This document shows positions 7,641 to 16,869 of a stretch of 32,000 nucleotides of DNA, in pieces. Both the position numbers and the translations under genes were made by a program. Origin of the DNA: Candidatus Electronema halotolerans (GTDB lineage Bacteria; Desulfobacterota; Desulfobulbia; Desulfobulbales; Desulfobulbaceae); NCBI GenBank assembly GCA_942493095.1, contig OW818675.1, positions 2,730,001 to 2,762,000 of the forward strand, written 5' to 3'. The notes beneath the pieces are model-generated. The model searched no databases and had not been told where the DNA came from. It was given only the letters and a program-made list of their open reading frames with translations. Each line of letters opens with the position of its first letter. The first letter of the stretch is position 1.

Positions 7641-10600
7641 ATGATCATTTCCGACACTGCGGTCAAACAGAACATTGCTGTGATGGTGCTGGGGGTTCTG
7701 ATTCTGATCATCGGCACCTACAGCTACATGACCCTGCCCCGCGAGGCCGAGCCGGATGTCAGCATTCCCCATGTCTTTATTTCGACAAATTATCGCGGCG
7801 TGGCTCCCGGCGACATGGAAACCTCAATCACGATCAAGATTGAGAACAAGCTCAAGGGGTTGGATGGGGTGAAAAATATCAAGTCGGTCAGTGCTGAGGG
7901 CGAGTCAATGATTGATGTCGAGTTTCTCACCGGCATTGACATTGACGACGCGCTGCGCAAGGTCAAGGACAAGGTGGATGAGGCTAAAGGCGACTTGCCT
8001 ACGGATTTGGAAAACGACCCCGCCGTCTTTGAGGTCAACATCTCGGAAATGCCGATTCTGATTTACTCGCTCTCCGGCACCTGCGGCCTGCACTGCCTGA
8101 AACAGATTGCTGATGATCTGGAGGATGAGATTGAGGCCGTGCCCGGCGTGCTGGAGGCAACTGTCACTGGCGGCCAGGAGCGGGAAATCCGCATTGAAGT
8201 TTCTGCGGACAAATTAGCCTATTACGGCATAGCCATCAACACCCTCCAAGCTGCGGTGCAGGGCGAGAACAGCAACACCTCCGGCGGAGCGGTGCATCTT
8301 GGCGACGGCAAGTTTCAGCTCCGGGTGCCGGGCGAGTTCAGCAGCCCGGAGGAGCTGTACGGGCTGGTCGTGGCCTCGCACAACGGTCAGCCGGTTTATT
8401 TGAAAGAGGTGGCCACGGTCTTTGACGGCTTCAAAGAGGAAAGCAGCCGCTCGCGCATGAACGGCCTGACTGCGGTCAACATTGCCGTGAAAAAACGGGT
8501 CGGCGAGAACATCATCGCCATTGCCAAAGAAGTGGAGAACATCATTGCGAAGCGGCAGCCGACTTGGCCGAGCGGCACCGATATCACCAAGGTCATGGAC
8601 AAGGCTAAGGACACAGAAACTATGGTTGCGGACCTGGAGAACAACATCCTCACCGGTTTGGTCTTGGTGCTGGCAGTCATCTTCTTTGCTATGGGCTTCC
8701 GCAATGCGGTGATGGTCAGCTTGGCGATTCCCTTTTCCATGCTGCTTTCTTTCACTATCCTCCAGATGATGGGCATCACCCTGAACATGGTTGTTCTGTT
8801 CAGCCTGACCTTGGCCTTGGGCATGCTGGTCGATAATGCGATTGTCATTATTGAAAACATCTATCGCTTTATGGAACAGGGAGCAGGCCGGGTGGAGGCG
8901 GCCATGAAAGCCACTTCGGAAGTGGCTCTGCCGGTGATCGGCTCAACCCTGACCACCTTGGCCGCCTTCTCGCCCATGCTCTGGTGGCCGGGCATCATGG
9001 GCGATTTTATGAAATATCTGCCCCTGACCCTGATCATCACCCTGTCCGCCAGCCTCTTTGTCGCCTTGGTGATCAATCCAGCCTTTGCCTCATTGTTCAT
9101 GAAAAGCCCGGCCAAGGCGGCGCAAAGCCAAAGCAAAGGGGATTCTTGGGAGCAGCCGATTGAAATCAAAGGGCCGCTGCTGCGTTCGTACAGCGGCCTG
9201 CTCCGCTTCTGTCTGCGCCATCCTCTGGTGCTGCTGGCCAGCGCAGTGTTTGTAATGATTTTCATGATTCAGGCTTGGCTGCTGCGGGTGGGCCTGAAAA
9301 CGCCGGTGGAGTTCTTTCCCAGCACAGAGCCGAAGGGCATCTATGTCAACGCTGACATGCCGGAAGGTGCTGATTTGGATTATATTGACAGGATTTTGGA
9401 GCAGGTGGAGCAGGCTGTTGCAGGTGATGACCGTCGTAGGGGCGAAAGATCTTTCGCCCCTACGACAACATCTCTTGCCCCTACAGACGGCCCCAGCGAC
9501 TTGAAAAACGTCAGAATCATCTACACCAAGGCGGTCTCAGCCAGCACGGGCAGCTCGGAATTTGAAGCCAACACGCCCAATCATGTCGGCATCCGCTTCC
9601 TTGATCTGGCCGAGCGGGCCGAATCCAGCCGCGCCACTGTGGAGCAGATCAGAAAGCGGATTGCCGAGATACCCGGAGCAAAGCTGACTGTGGCCTTGGA
9701 GGCGGAAGGGCCGCCCACTGGCGAGCCGATCAACCTTGAAATTGCCGGCGACAGCTTTGCCGTGCTGGGCGAGATTGCCAAAGAAATCAAGAAAGCCTTG
9801 GCCAAGCTGCCGCATGTTGAGGACATCCGCGACAACTTTGTTGAGGGCACCCCTTCAGTGCGGGTGCGGATTGACCGGCAGAAGGCGGCCCGCTTCGGCC
9901 TGAGCACCGGCAGCATCGGCTTTGCTCTCAAGGCAGCCTACAACGGCCTGATTGTCTCCTCGTTCCGCGACGGCAGCGACGACTACGACATCACGGTGCA
10001 GCTCCCGGAAAAAGACAGGCAGGTCACGGACGTGCTCCGCAAGCTGCTGATTCCCGCACCCAATGGCACGACTGTGCCCCTCTCCACCTTGGCGGATATT
10101 GACATCACCGGCTCAATGGGCAGCATCAGCCGGATCAACGGCGAGCGGGTGGTGACGGTCAAAGCCAATGTTGATGAGACGAAAGTGACCGGCGCGGTGC
10201 TGCGGCAGCAGGCTGAGAAGCTGCTTGCCCAGATGCCGCTGCCGCCCGGTTATCGCGTCACCTTCACCGGCGAGAACCAGGAGCAGCAGGAGTCTCAGGA
10301 TTTCCTCAGCAAGGCATTCGCTGTGGCCCTGCTTCTGATCTTCCTGATTCTTGTGACCCAGTTCAACTCGGTCAGCCAGCCCTTCCTGATCATGACCTCG
10401 GTTGTCCTGTCTATGGGCGGAGCCTTTCTCGGCCTGATGCTCTACAAAATGCCTTTCGGAGTCATCATGACCGGCATCGGGGTGATTTCGCTGGCAGGCG
10501 TGGTGGTGAACAACGCCATCGTCCTGATCGACTACACCAACCTGCTGCGGACACGCGGCATTTCTGTGCGCGAGGCCGTGGTTGCCGCTGGAGCCACCCG

Positions 10601-10898
10601 CCTGCGCCCTGTGCTCCTGACGGCAATCACCACCATTCTTGGCTTGGTGCCTATGGTCACAGGCGTATCCTATGATTTTCGCAATCTGGCGGTGTCGTGG
10701 GTCAGCGAATCAAGCCAGTTTTGGCAGTCAATGGCTGTGGCCGTCATTTTCGGCCTGATGGCCGCCACCTTCCTGACGCTGGTGGTCGTTCCGGTGCTCT
10801 ACTTCCTGCTGGAGCGGGGCAAGGAGCGGATTGCGGCTGGACGGGAGGCGGTGGAGAGAAAACGGCTGGAGCTGTATCAGGTGCTGGCGGGAGAATGA
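7641..10898 (+). CDS. RND efflux transporter permease, AcrB/AcrD/AcrF (HAE1-like) family
   Basis: 1085-aa ORF with the typical 12-TM, two-large-periplasmic-loop layout. Conserved TM4 region LALGMLVDNAIVIIENI and the matching second-half motif GVVVNNAIVLIDY are present. No membrane-fusion or outer-membrane partner gene is adjacent. Confidence 0.9.
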   Translation: MIISDTAVKQNIAVMVLGVLILIIGTYSYMTLPREAEPDVSIPHVFISTNYRGVAPGDMETSITIKIENKLKGLDGVKNIKSVSAEGESMIDVEFLTGIDIDDALRKVKDKVDEAKGDLPTDLENDPAVFEVNISEMPILIYSLSGTCGLHCLKQIADDLEDEIEAVPGVLEATVTGGQEREIRIEVSADKLAYYGIAINTLQAAVQGENSNTSGGAVHLGDGKFQLRVPGEFSSPEELYGLVVASHNGQPVYLKEVATVFDGFKEESSRSRMNGLTAVNIAVKKRVGENIIAIAKEVENIIAKRQPTWPSGTDITKVMDKAKDTETMVADLENNILTGLVLVLAVIFFAMGFRNAVMVSLAIPFSMLLSFTILQMMGITLNMVVLFSLTLALGMLVDNAIVIIENIYRFMEQGAGRVEAAMKATSEVALPVIGSTLTTLAAFSPMLWWPGIMGDFMKYLPLTLIITLSASLFVALVINPAFASLFMKSPAKAAQSQSKGDSWEQPIEIKGPLLRSYSGLLRFCLRHPLVLLASAVFVMIFMIQAWLLRVGLKTPVEFFPSTEPKGIYVNADMPEGADLDYIDRILEQVEQAVAGDDRRRGERSFAPTTTSLAPTDGPSDLKNVRIIYTKAVSASTGSSEFEANTPNHVGIRFLDLAERAESSRATVEQIRKRIAEIPGAKLTVALEAEGPPTGEPINLEIAGDSFAVLGEIAKEIKKALAKLPHVEDIRDNFVEGTPSVRVRIDRQKAARFGLSTGSIGFALKAAYNGLIVSSFRDGSDDYDITVQLPEKDRQVTDVLRKLLIPAPNGTTVPLSTLADIDITGSMGSISRINGERVVTVKANVDETKVTGAVLRQQAEKLLAQMPLPPGYRVTFTGENQEQQESQDFLSKAFAVALLLIFLILVTQFNSVSQPFLIMTSVVLSMGGAFLGLMLYKMPFGVIMTGIGVISLAGVVVNNAIVLIDYTNLLRTRGISVREAVVAAGATRLRPVLLTAITTILGLVPMVTGVSYDFRNLAVSWVSESSQFWQSMAVAVIFGLMAATFLTLVVVPVLYFLLERGKERIAAGREAVERKRLELYQVLAGE
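9433..9484. repeat. Perfect 34-bp palindrome (9433-9466) plus a third degenerate arm (9470-9484), in frame inside the RND gene
   Basis: GTCGTAGGGGCGAAAGA/TCTTTCGCCCCTACGAC is its own reverse complement, with a central AGATCT. A third arm, ATCTCTTGCCCCTAC, matches arm 2 at 13 of 15 positions. Together they encode RRRGERSFAPTTTSLAPT within the pump. Confidence 0.85.
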
Positions 10899-10985
10899 TG
10901 AAGATGTGGATTCAAGTTCCAAGTGCAACTTTTTGGCAGGCTCCCAAGAATAGCTGTCAAGACCCGGATGGTTGACGGGTGCCGG

Positions 10986-11126
10986 TTAAGCTGCAAGGCT
11001 ATAGCGGATGGCTTGCAATCCTGCTTGCTTCAAAGCGTAAATCTGGTTACGTTCTGATTCGGTGAGTTGTGTGGCGATTCTGCATGCGCGCTCCTCTTGC
11101 TTGGCGGTAAGAAATGAGCCATCATG
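10986..11126 (-). pseudogene. Relic of an IS30-family-type transposase N-terminal HTH (first half only); no start codon
   Basis: Minus-strand frame reads (TAG) HDGSFLTAKQEERACRIATQLTESERNQIYALKQAGLQAIRYSLAA(stop). LTESERNQIYALKQAG resembles the LT..ER..I..L...G start of IS30-type HTH motifs. No ATG/GTG lies after the upstream TAG, and the only TTG lies within the motif near the 3' end. Confidence 0.35.
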
Positions 11127-11200
11127 CTACCACAACTCACTCTTTTCTCAAACCAGCAAAAGTTGCACTTACAACTTGAATTCACCGTTTCCAAACAACA

Positions 11201-11983
11201 ATGGAACTCCTCGCCGACACTCATCTGCATCTCTATCCCTGCTATCATTTCGACCACGCCTTTTCCCTTCTGCTTGACCGGCTGGCAGGACAGAATCCGC
11301 AGGCAGTCTTTGCTGCCTGTCTTGCCGAGCGTGCCGACTGTCATCTGTATGACCTGTTGCTGGCAGGCAAGGCGGTTCTCAAGGATTTCAGGCTGGAACA
11401 GGCAGACAGGCAGCAGCTTGTCCTGCGGCGCAGCAGTGACGGCAGGCTCCTGCATCTGCTGCCAGGCCGCCAAATTGTGGCGGCGGAGCGAATCGAAGTG
11501 CTGGCACTCTGCACAGACGCGCTCTTTGCGGATGGCCTTCCAGCAGCAGAGCTGATCCGTTCCATCCAAGAAAAAAACGGGGTGCCAGTGCTGCCTTGGT
11601 CGCCGGGCAAATGGCTCTTCCGGCGCGGCAAGGTCATTGCCGCCTTGCTGCGAGATTTCACCCCGCAAGACCTGCTGCTCGGCGATGTCAGCCTACGGCC
11701 TCAAGGCTGGCCGCTGCCGTTGCTGATGCGCCGGGGCAGACGGCTTGGTTATGCAATCATCAGCGGCTCTGATCCCCTGCCATTCAGCGGCGAGGAACAG
11801 CAGTTCGGCCTGTGCGGCTCCCGGCTTGTCTCGACAGAACAGAATGTCACGCCCGGCGAGCTGCTGCGCCACCTGCTGACAGGCAAAGCGGCGGCTGCGA
11901 ATTTTGGCCGCCGTTCCAGCCTGTTTGCAGTGTTGCGAAGGCTGCGCTGCAATGCCGCCGCAAGCAAGCACTCTCTCTCTTGA
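11201..11983 (+). CDS. Hypothetical protein, possibly a PHP-like metal-dependent phosphoesterase
   Basis: 260-aa ORF starting MELLADTHLHLYP (D-x-H-x-H metal motif at the N-terminus), with a later GSDPLP reminiscent of the last PHP motif. No clear Shine-Dalgarno sequence. The assignment is weak. Confidence 0.5.
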   Translation: MELLADTHLHLYPCYHFDHAFSLLLDRLAGQNPQAVFAACLAERADCHLYDLLLAGKAVLKDFRLEQADRQQLVLRRSSDGRLLHLLPGRQIVAAERIEVLALCTDALFADGLPAAELIRSIQEKNGVPVLPWSPGKWLFRRGKVIAALLRDFTPQDLLLGDVSLRPQGWPLPLLMRRGRRLGYAIISGSDPLPFSGEEQQFGLCGSRLVSTEQNVTPGELLRHLLTGKAAAANFGRRSSLFAVLRRLRCNAAASKHSLS

Positions 11984-12003
11984 GCCATGCGCCACGCAAT
12001 AGG

Positions 12004-12576
12004 TTAGCCGCAAGCACCCCCGGCATCGTTGTCTTTGTTATTTCTTGAGGAGGACTGGCCGAAAAAATAGCCGAGAATGACTAAAAAGCCGTTGCTGAGA
12101 ACCTGAGATTCCCAGCCAAAGACCATGCCGACGATCAATGAGAACGTGAGCAGAAGCAGAACAACTGCCCCGACAATAGAAGCAGCGGATTCGCGCTGAA
12201 GAAAGGACAGCCAGATTTTTGATTTGCGCTCAAGGCCGTCAAGTCGTTGCTGCTCAAGTTTTATTTGGCTATCTAATTCTTGCCGTTCTTTTTGATAACG
12301 CGATGATTCTGCTCGTAATACATCAAGCTCTTGAGTTAATTTTTCTTTTATTCCGCCTTCAGGGAGCTGTTCTATTAGCTCTTGGAGATTTTCAACCTTT
12401 TCGCTTGATAAAGTATTCTGGATTTGATCTAGAATTGTCTTTTTCTGTTCAAGAAAAGCATAATTATTATATATATGCACTTCTCCTCCGCCAATAATAT
12501 CAATACCTTTATGCTTGGCACTCTCAGAAGAGATAGAATTGCTGCTTTCATCGCATACTTCAATTTCTTGCCCCAT
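12004..12576 (-). CDS. Hypothetical coiled-coil protein with a C-terminal 2-TM anchor (AT-rich gene)
   Basis: 190-aa ORF. AGGAGG sits 6 nt before the ATG, 12 nt after the htrA stop. The central part is heptad-like and charged (QELIEQLPEGGIKEKLTQELDVLRAESSRYQKERQELDSQIKLEQQRLDGLERK). Two hydrophobic helices follow (IVGAVVLLLLTFSLIVGMVFGW and NGFLVILGYFFG). It is visibly AT-richer than its neighbours. Confidence 0.7.
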   Translation of the reverse strand: MGQEIEVCDESSNSISSESAKHKGIDIIGGGEVHIYNNYAFLEQKKTILDQIQNTLSSEKVENLQELIEQLPEGGIKEKLTQELDVLRAESSRYQKERQELDSQIKLEQQRLDGLERKSKIWLSFLQRESAASIVGAVVLLLLTFSLIVGMVFGWESQVLSNGFLVILGYFFGQSSSRNNKDNDAGGACG

Positions 12577-12588
12577 AGTTCTTCCTCC

Positions 12589-13697
<1,109 letters not shown>

Positions 13698-13698
<1 letters not shown>

Positions 13699-13784
13699 CA
13701 GAGCCTGAGCAGATAGAGAAGAAAATACAGTCCTGCAATAATCAGCAGGGCCACGGCATGAGAAAGATGAAAGGAACGCATCAT
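13698..13784 (-). CDS. Possible 28-aa hydrophobic micro-protein bridging mgtE and htrA
   Basis: MMRSFHLSHAVALLIIAGLYFLLYLLRL. Its ATG begins 1 nt after the mgtE TAA (TAAcATGATG), and its TGA overlaps the htrA ATG (ATGA). It forms a single predicted TM helix. There is no homology evidence. Confidence 0.3.
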
Positions 13785-13785
13785 G

Positions 13786-15189
13786 TTAGAGATTGAGCAG
13801 ATATTTGGCCACCCAAAAATAAAGCGTGATGCTGAGAACGTCAATGGTGGTGGTGTTGAAAGGGCCGGTGGCGATGGCCGCGTCAATATGGAGCCGTTTG
13901 AGAAGAATGGGCACAGCACTGCCAAGACTGGCAGCCATGATCATGACCGTGCAGACAGAAATGCCCACCACCACCCCAAGATAGGCCGAGTCAGTGTATT
14001 TGAAAATGGCAGTCAGGCCGAGCAGTGCCCCGAAAAGCACACCCATAGAGATGCCGAGGAGAAACTCTCGGCCCAGAATTTGAAAAAAATGGGAAATGTT
14101 GACCCGGCCCGTGGCCATGCCCCGAATAACAATGGTGCTGGACTGGTTGGCGATATTGCCGCCCATGCCTGCGATGATCGGCATGAACGAGGCCAAGGCC
14201 AGCACCTTTTGCAGCTCCTGCTGAAAGCTGCTGATGATGAACATGGCCGAGACCCCGCCGATCCACGAGGCAAAAAGCCACGGCGCACGGAGGATGATTT
14301 TCTGATGCAGGGGTTTGAACAGGATTTCATTGTCCTTGCCTGCGCCCGCCATCTGGAAAAATTCTTCCGTGGCTTCCTCGCGGATGACATCAATCACGTC
14401 ATCCACAGTGATGATGCCGACCAATCTGAACGAGGCATCCACCACTGGAATGGCGAGCAGATTGTATTGGGAGACAACATGGGCCACCTCGCTTTGGTCC
14501 GTGTCTGTGGTCACAGAGATGACCTTGGTGTTCATGATGTTTTTGAGCTGGCGGTGCATGGGGTGGAGGAGCAGCTCGCGCAGGGAAAGCACTCCGGCGA
14601 GCTGGCCGTCGCCGTAGGTGATGTAGAGATAAAAGACCATCTCCTTGTCCTCGCTCCGTTTCTGCACCCTGCTGATCGCCTCCTCAACAGTCAGCTCCTC
14701 ATCCAGATACATGAAGTCCGGCGACATGATGCCGCCTGCGCTGTCAGGATCGTACTTGAGCAGCTCCTCGACTTCGTCCCGGTGGTCGCGTTGGAGACAG
14801 GTCTGGACTTCGGCGGCCAATTCCTCCGGGATGGCGGCCAGCAAGTCGGCGGCATCGTCCGGGGCCATTTTGCCCACCACTTCGGCAAGGTAGGCAGGCG
14901 TGACATCTTCGACCAGCTCCAGCAGAATGGAATCATCCAGCTCGCTGAAGAAGTCGGCCACCAAATCCGTGCCAGCTATGACTTCAAAAATCGTCTTCCG
15001 TTCCGCCGGAGCCAGGGAGCGAAAAACCCAAGACAGATCAGCGGGATGGGTCTTGAGCACCAGTTTGAGAATATTCTCGGTCGCACCCCGGCGCTGGAGG
15101 CGGCGCAGGGTGTCAAGCAGCACCTTGCCCTCAAAGCCGATCATTTCCCGTTTTGTCGTTTTTTCCATGAGCATTTTCTGCCTGCGCAT
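13786..15189 (-). CDS. mgtE: Magnesium transporter MgtE
   Basis: 467-aa ORF with an MgtE_N-like acidic N-domain, a CBS pair (VISVTTDTDQSEVAHVVSQYNLLAIPVVD) and a C-terminal 5-TM domain carrying MPIIAGMGGNIANQS and GPFNTTTIDV motifs. Confidence 0.9.
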   Translation of the reverse strand: MRRQKMLMEKTTKREMIGFEGKVLLDTLRRLQRRGATENILKLVLKTHPADLSWVFRSLAPAERKTIFEVIAGTDLVADFFSELDDSILLELVEDVTPAYLAEVVGKMAPDDAADLLAAIPEELAAEVQTCLQRDHRDEVEELLKYDPDSAGGIMSPDFMYLDEELTVEEAISRVQKRSEDKEMVFYLYITYGDGQLAGVLSLRELLLHPMHRQLKNIMNTKVISVTTDTDQSEVAHVVSQYNLLAIPVVDASFRLVGIITVDDVIDVIREEATEEFFQMAGAGKDNEILFKPLHQKIILRAPWLFASWIGGVSAMFIISSFQQELQKVLALASFMPIIAGMGGNIANQSSTIVIRGMATGRVNISHFFQILGREFLLGISMGVLFGALLGLTAIFKYTDSAYLGVVVGISVCTVMIMAASLGSAVPILLKRLHIDAAIATGPFNTTTIDVLSITLYFWVAKYLLNL

Positions 15190-15348
15190 AATAAAGTTCC
15201 TAGACAGGTTTTATGGGCAGACACAACTGACAACCCTTGCCCGCCATTTTTTTTGAGGCACTGATTGGAACGGGCTGGTGCAGGAGAAAACTTGCAGAAA
15301 CGAAAGCAGAAACTGCTGTCAATTTACGCAGCCATCATGCCCTCCCAG

Positions 15349-15549
15349 TCAGTCGAACAGCCCGCTGCGCCGGGCCACATAACAAAGCAGCAGACCTGCG
15401 CCCAAGGCGGTCAGGCCCATCATCCGCAGCCGGTCCGGCTCCATCTCGGCCAATTGCCTGAGCCACTGCTGCATGGCTTCCGGCCAAGCCACATAAGGCA
15501 GTCCTTCGAAAATCAGCACCAAGCCGACCAACGTGATCAGTGTTTTCAT
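15349..15549 (-). CDS. DUF2065-family small membrane protein
   Basis: 66 aa: MKTLITLVGLVLIFEGLPYVAWPEAMQQWLRQL...GLTALGAGLLLCY. The two TM helices and the FEGLPY..P motif are typical of DUF2065. Confidence 0.7.
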   Translation of the reverse strand: MKTLITLVGLVLIFEGLPYVAWPEAMQQWLRQLAEMEPDRLRMMGLTALGAGLLLCYVARRSGLFD

Positions 15550-15659
15550 GTCAGCAGCCTACCAAAAGAAGCATCTGCTTGCAATCCCCATGCAAAGATA
15601 TTGACAAGCAGGGCAAAAAAAGTAATGTTGACAAGCCGCTGTTCCGGCGGCAGGGGCAG

Positions 15660-15675
15660 TGGCACGGCTGCTGCT
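15660..15675 (+). promoter_or_regulatory. Sigma-54-like -24/-12 element (TGGCACG-N4-CTGCT) 30 nt upstream of purM
   Basis: TGGCACGGCTGCTGCT has the correct GG-N10-GC spacing, with one mismatch to TTGCW. An unexpected regulon for purM, so this may be chance. Confidence 0.2.
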
Positions 15676-15705
15676 TTTCCACGACTTCAGGCATATCAGC
15701 AACAA

Positions 15706-16779
15706 ATGACAACTTCAGAAAAGCCAGTTTCCCGCTACAGCGGGGCCGGGGTTGATATTGACAAGGGCAACGCCTTTGTCTCGCGGATCAAAAATCTTGT
15801 CAAGGCCACGCACGGGCCGCAGGCGCTTGACGACATTGGCGGCTTTTCCGGCTTGTTCAGCCTTGGCGGAAACGCGCTGCACGAGCCGGTGCTGGTGGCC
15901 TCCACCGACGGCGTGGGCACCAAGCTCAAAATCGCCCAGCTCTGCGGCAAGCACGACACCATCGGCATTGATCTGGTGGCCATGTGCGTCAATGACGTGA
16001 TCGTCTGCGGGGCCAAACCGCTTTTCTTTCTCGACTACTTTGCCTGCTCCTCGCTTGATCTGGAAGCGGCGGAAGACGTGGTCAAGGGCATTGCCGCTGG
16101 CTGCAAGCAGGCTGGCTGCGCCCTGATCGGCGGCGAGACCGCAGAAATGCCGGGTATGTATCAGCCGGGCGACTACGACTTGGCAGGCTTCACAGTCGGA
16201 ATCTGCGAGCGGGCCGCGATCATTGACAAGAACAGCATTCAGCCGGGCGACAAGATCATCGGTCTGGCCTCCTCCGGCCTGCATTCCAACGGCTATTCCT
16301 TGGTGCGCAAAATCGTTTTTGAGGAGCTGGGCCTGCACGTGAGCGATCAGGTGCCGGAGCTGGGCTGCACCCTTGGCGAGGAGCTGCTCAAGCCGACCCG
16401 CATTTACGTGGCTCCGGTGCTGCAAGCCTTGGCCCGCTGCAAAATCAGAGGCTTGGTCCATATCACGGGCGGCGGCTTTTTTGACAACATTCCCAGAGTG
16501 CTGCCCAGCGGCTGCAAGGCCGTGATTGACAAAGGGAGCTGGGAGGTGCCGAAGATTTTCTCCTTCCTGCAAGAGAAAGGCAGTGTTGCTGAGGCGGAAA
16601 TGTTCCGCACCTTCAACATGGGCATTGGCATGATGGTCGTGGTTGCCAGCGCGGATGCCGAGCCGCTCATGGAGCAATTCCGGGCCGCAGGGGAAACGCC
16701 GTTCCTGCTCGGCGAGATGCAGACTGCTGAGGCAGGAGAAGCGCAAGTGCTGATCAACGGCCTGAACAGTTGTGATTGA
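15706..16779 (+). CDS. purM: Phosphoribosylformylglycinamidine cyclo-ligase (AIR synthetase)
   Basis: Starting at MTTSEKPVSRYSGAGVDIDKGN, the sequence shows GGFSGLF, VASTDGVGTKL, DLVAMCVNDV and GGETAEMPG. The 147-codon upstream extension in the track overlaps the DUF2065 gene and is not PurM-like. Confidence 0.92.
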   Translation: MTTSEKPVSRYSGAGVDIDKGNAFVSRIKNLVKATHGPQALDDIGGFSGLFSLGGNALHEPVLVASTDGVGTKLKIAQLCGKHDTIGIDLVAMCVNDVIVCGAKPLFFLDYFACSSLDLEAAEDVVKGIAAGCKQAGCALIGGETAEMPGMYQPGDYDLAGFTVGICERAAIIDKNSIQPGDKIIGLASSGLHSNGYSLVRKIVFEELGLHVSDQVPELGCTLGEELLKPTRIYVAPVLQALARCKIRGLVHITGGGFFDNIPRVLPSGCKAVIDKGSWEVPKIFSFLQEKGSVAEAEMFRTFNMGIGMMVVVASADAEPLMEQFRAAGETPFLLGEMQTAEAGEAQVLINGLNSCD

Positions 16780-16869
16780 AGCGCAGTCGCGGAATGGGTA
16801 AGATGATGCAGTCTGCGGCAGCAAGGCCGTCCATTGCAACCACATACTTGATTGAACGGAGGTTCTGCC

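Noticed and set aside
11030-11668. 212-aa minus-strand ORF overlapping the PHP-like ORF and the intergenic region
   Set aside because: No motifs, and it overlaps the better plus-strand ORF. The only interesting part (10986-11126) is in a different frame and is reported as the HTH relic.
13783-15264. 493-aa plus-strand ORF covering all of mgtE
   Set aside because: It lies exactly antisense to a well-supported MgtE gene. Its composition is biased (H/D/R/G-rich) with no recognisable motifs, which is typical of a shadow ORF in GC-rich DNA.
15190-15348. Possible Mg2+ (M-box) riboswitch in the mgtE leader
   Set aside because: I could not find the conserved M-box core elements. Only a small AGCAG-TTT-CTGCT hairpin is present, which more likely terminates the DUF2065 gene.
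15265-15705. 147-codon N-terminal extension of the purM ORF
   Set aside because: Not PurM-like, and it overlaps the DUF2065 gene on the other strand. PurM homology starts at the ATG at 15706.
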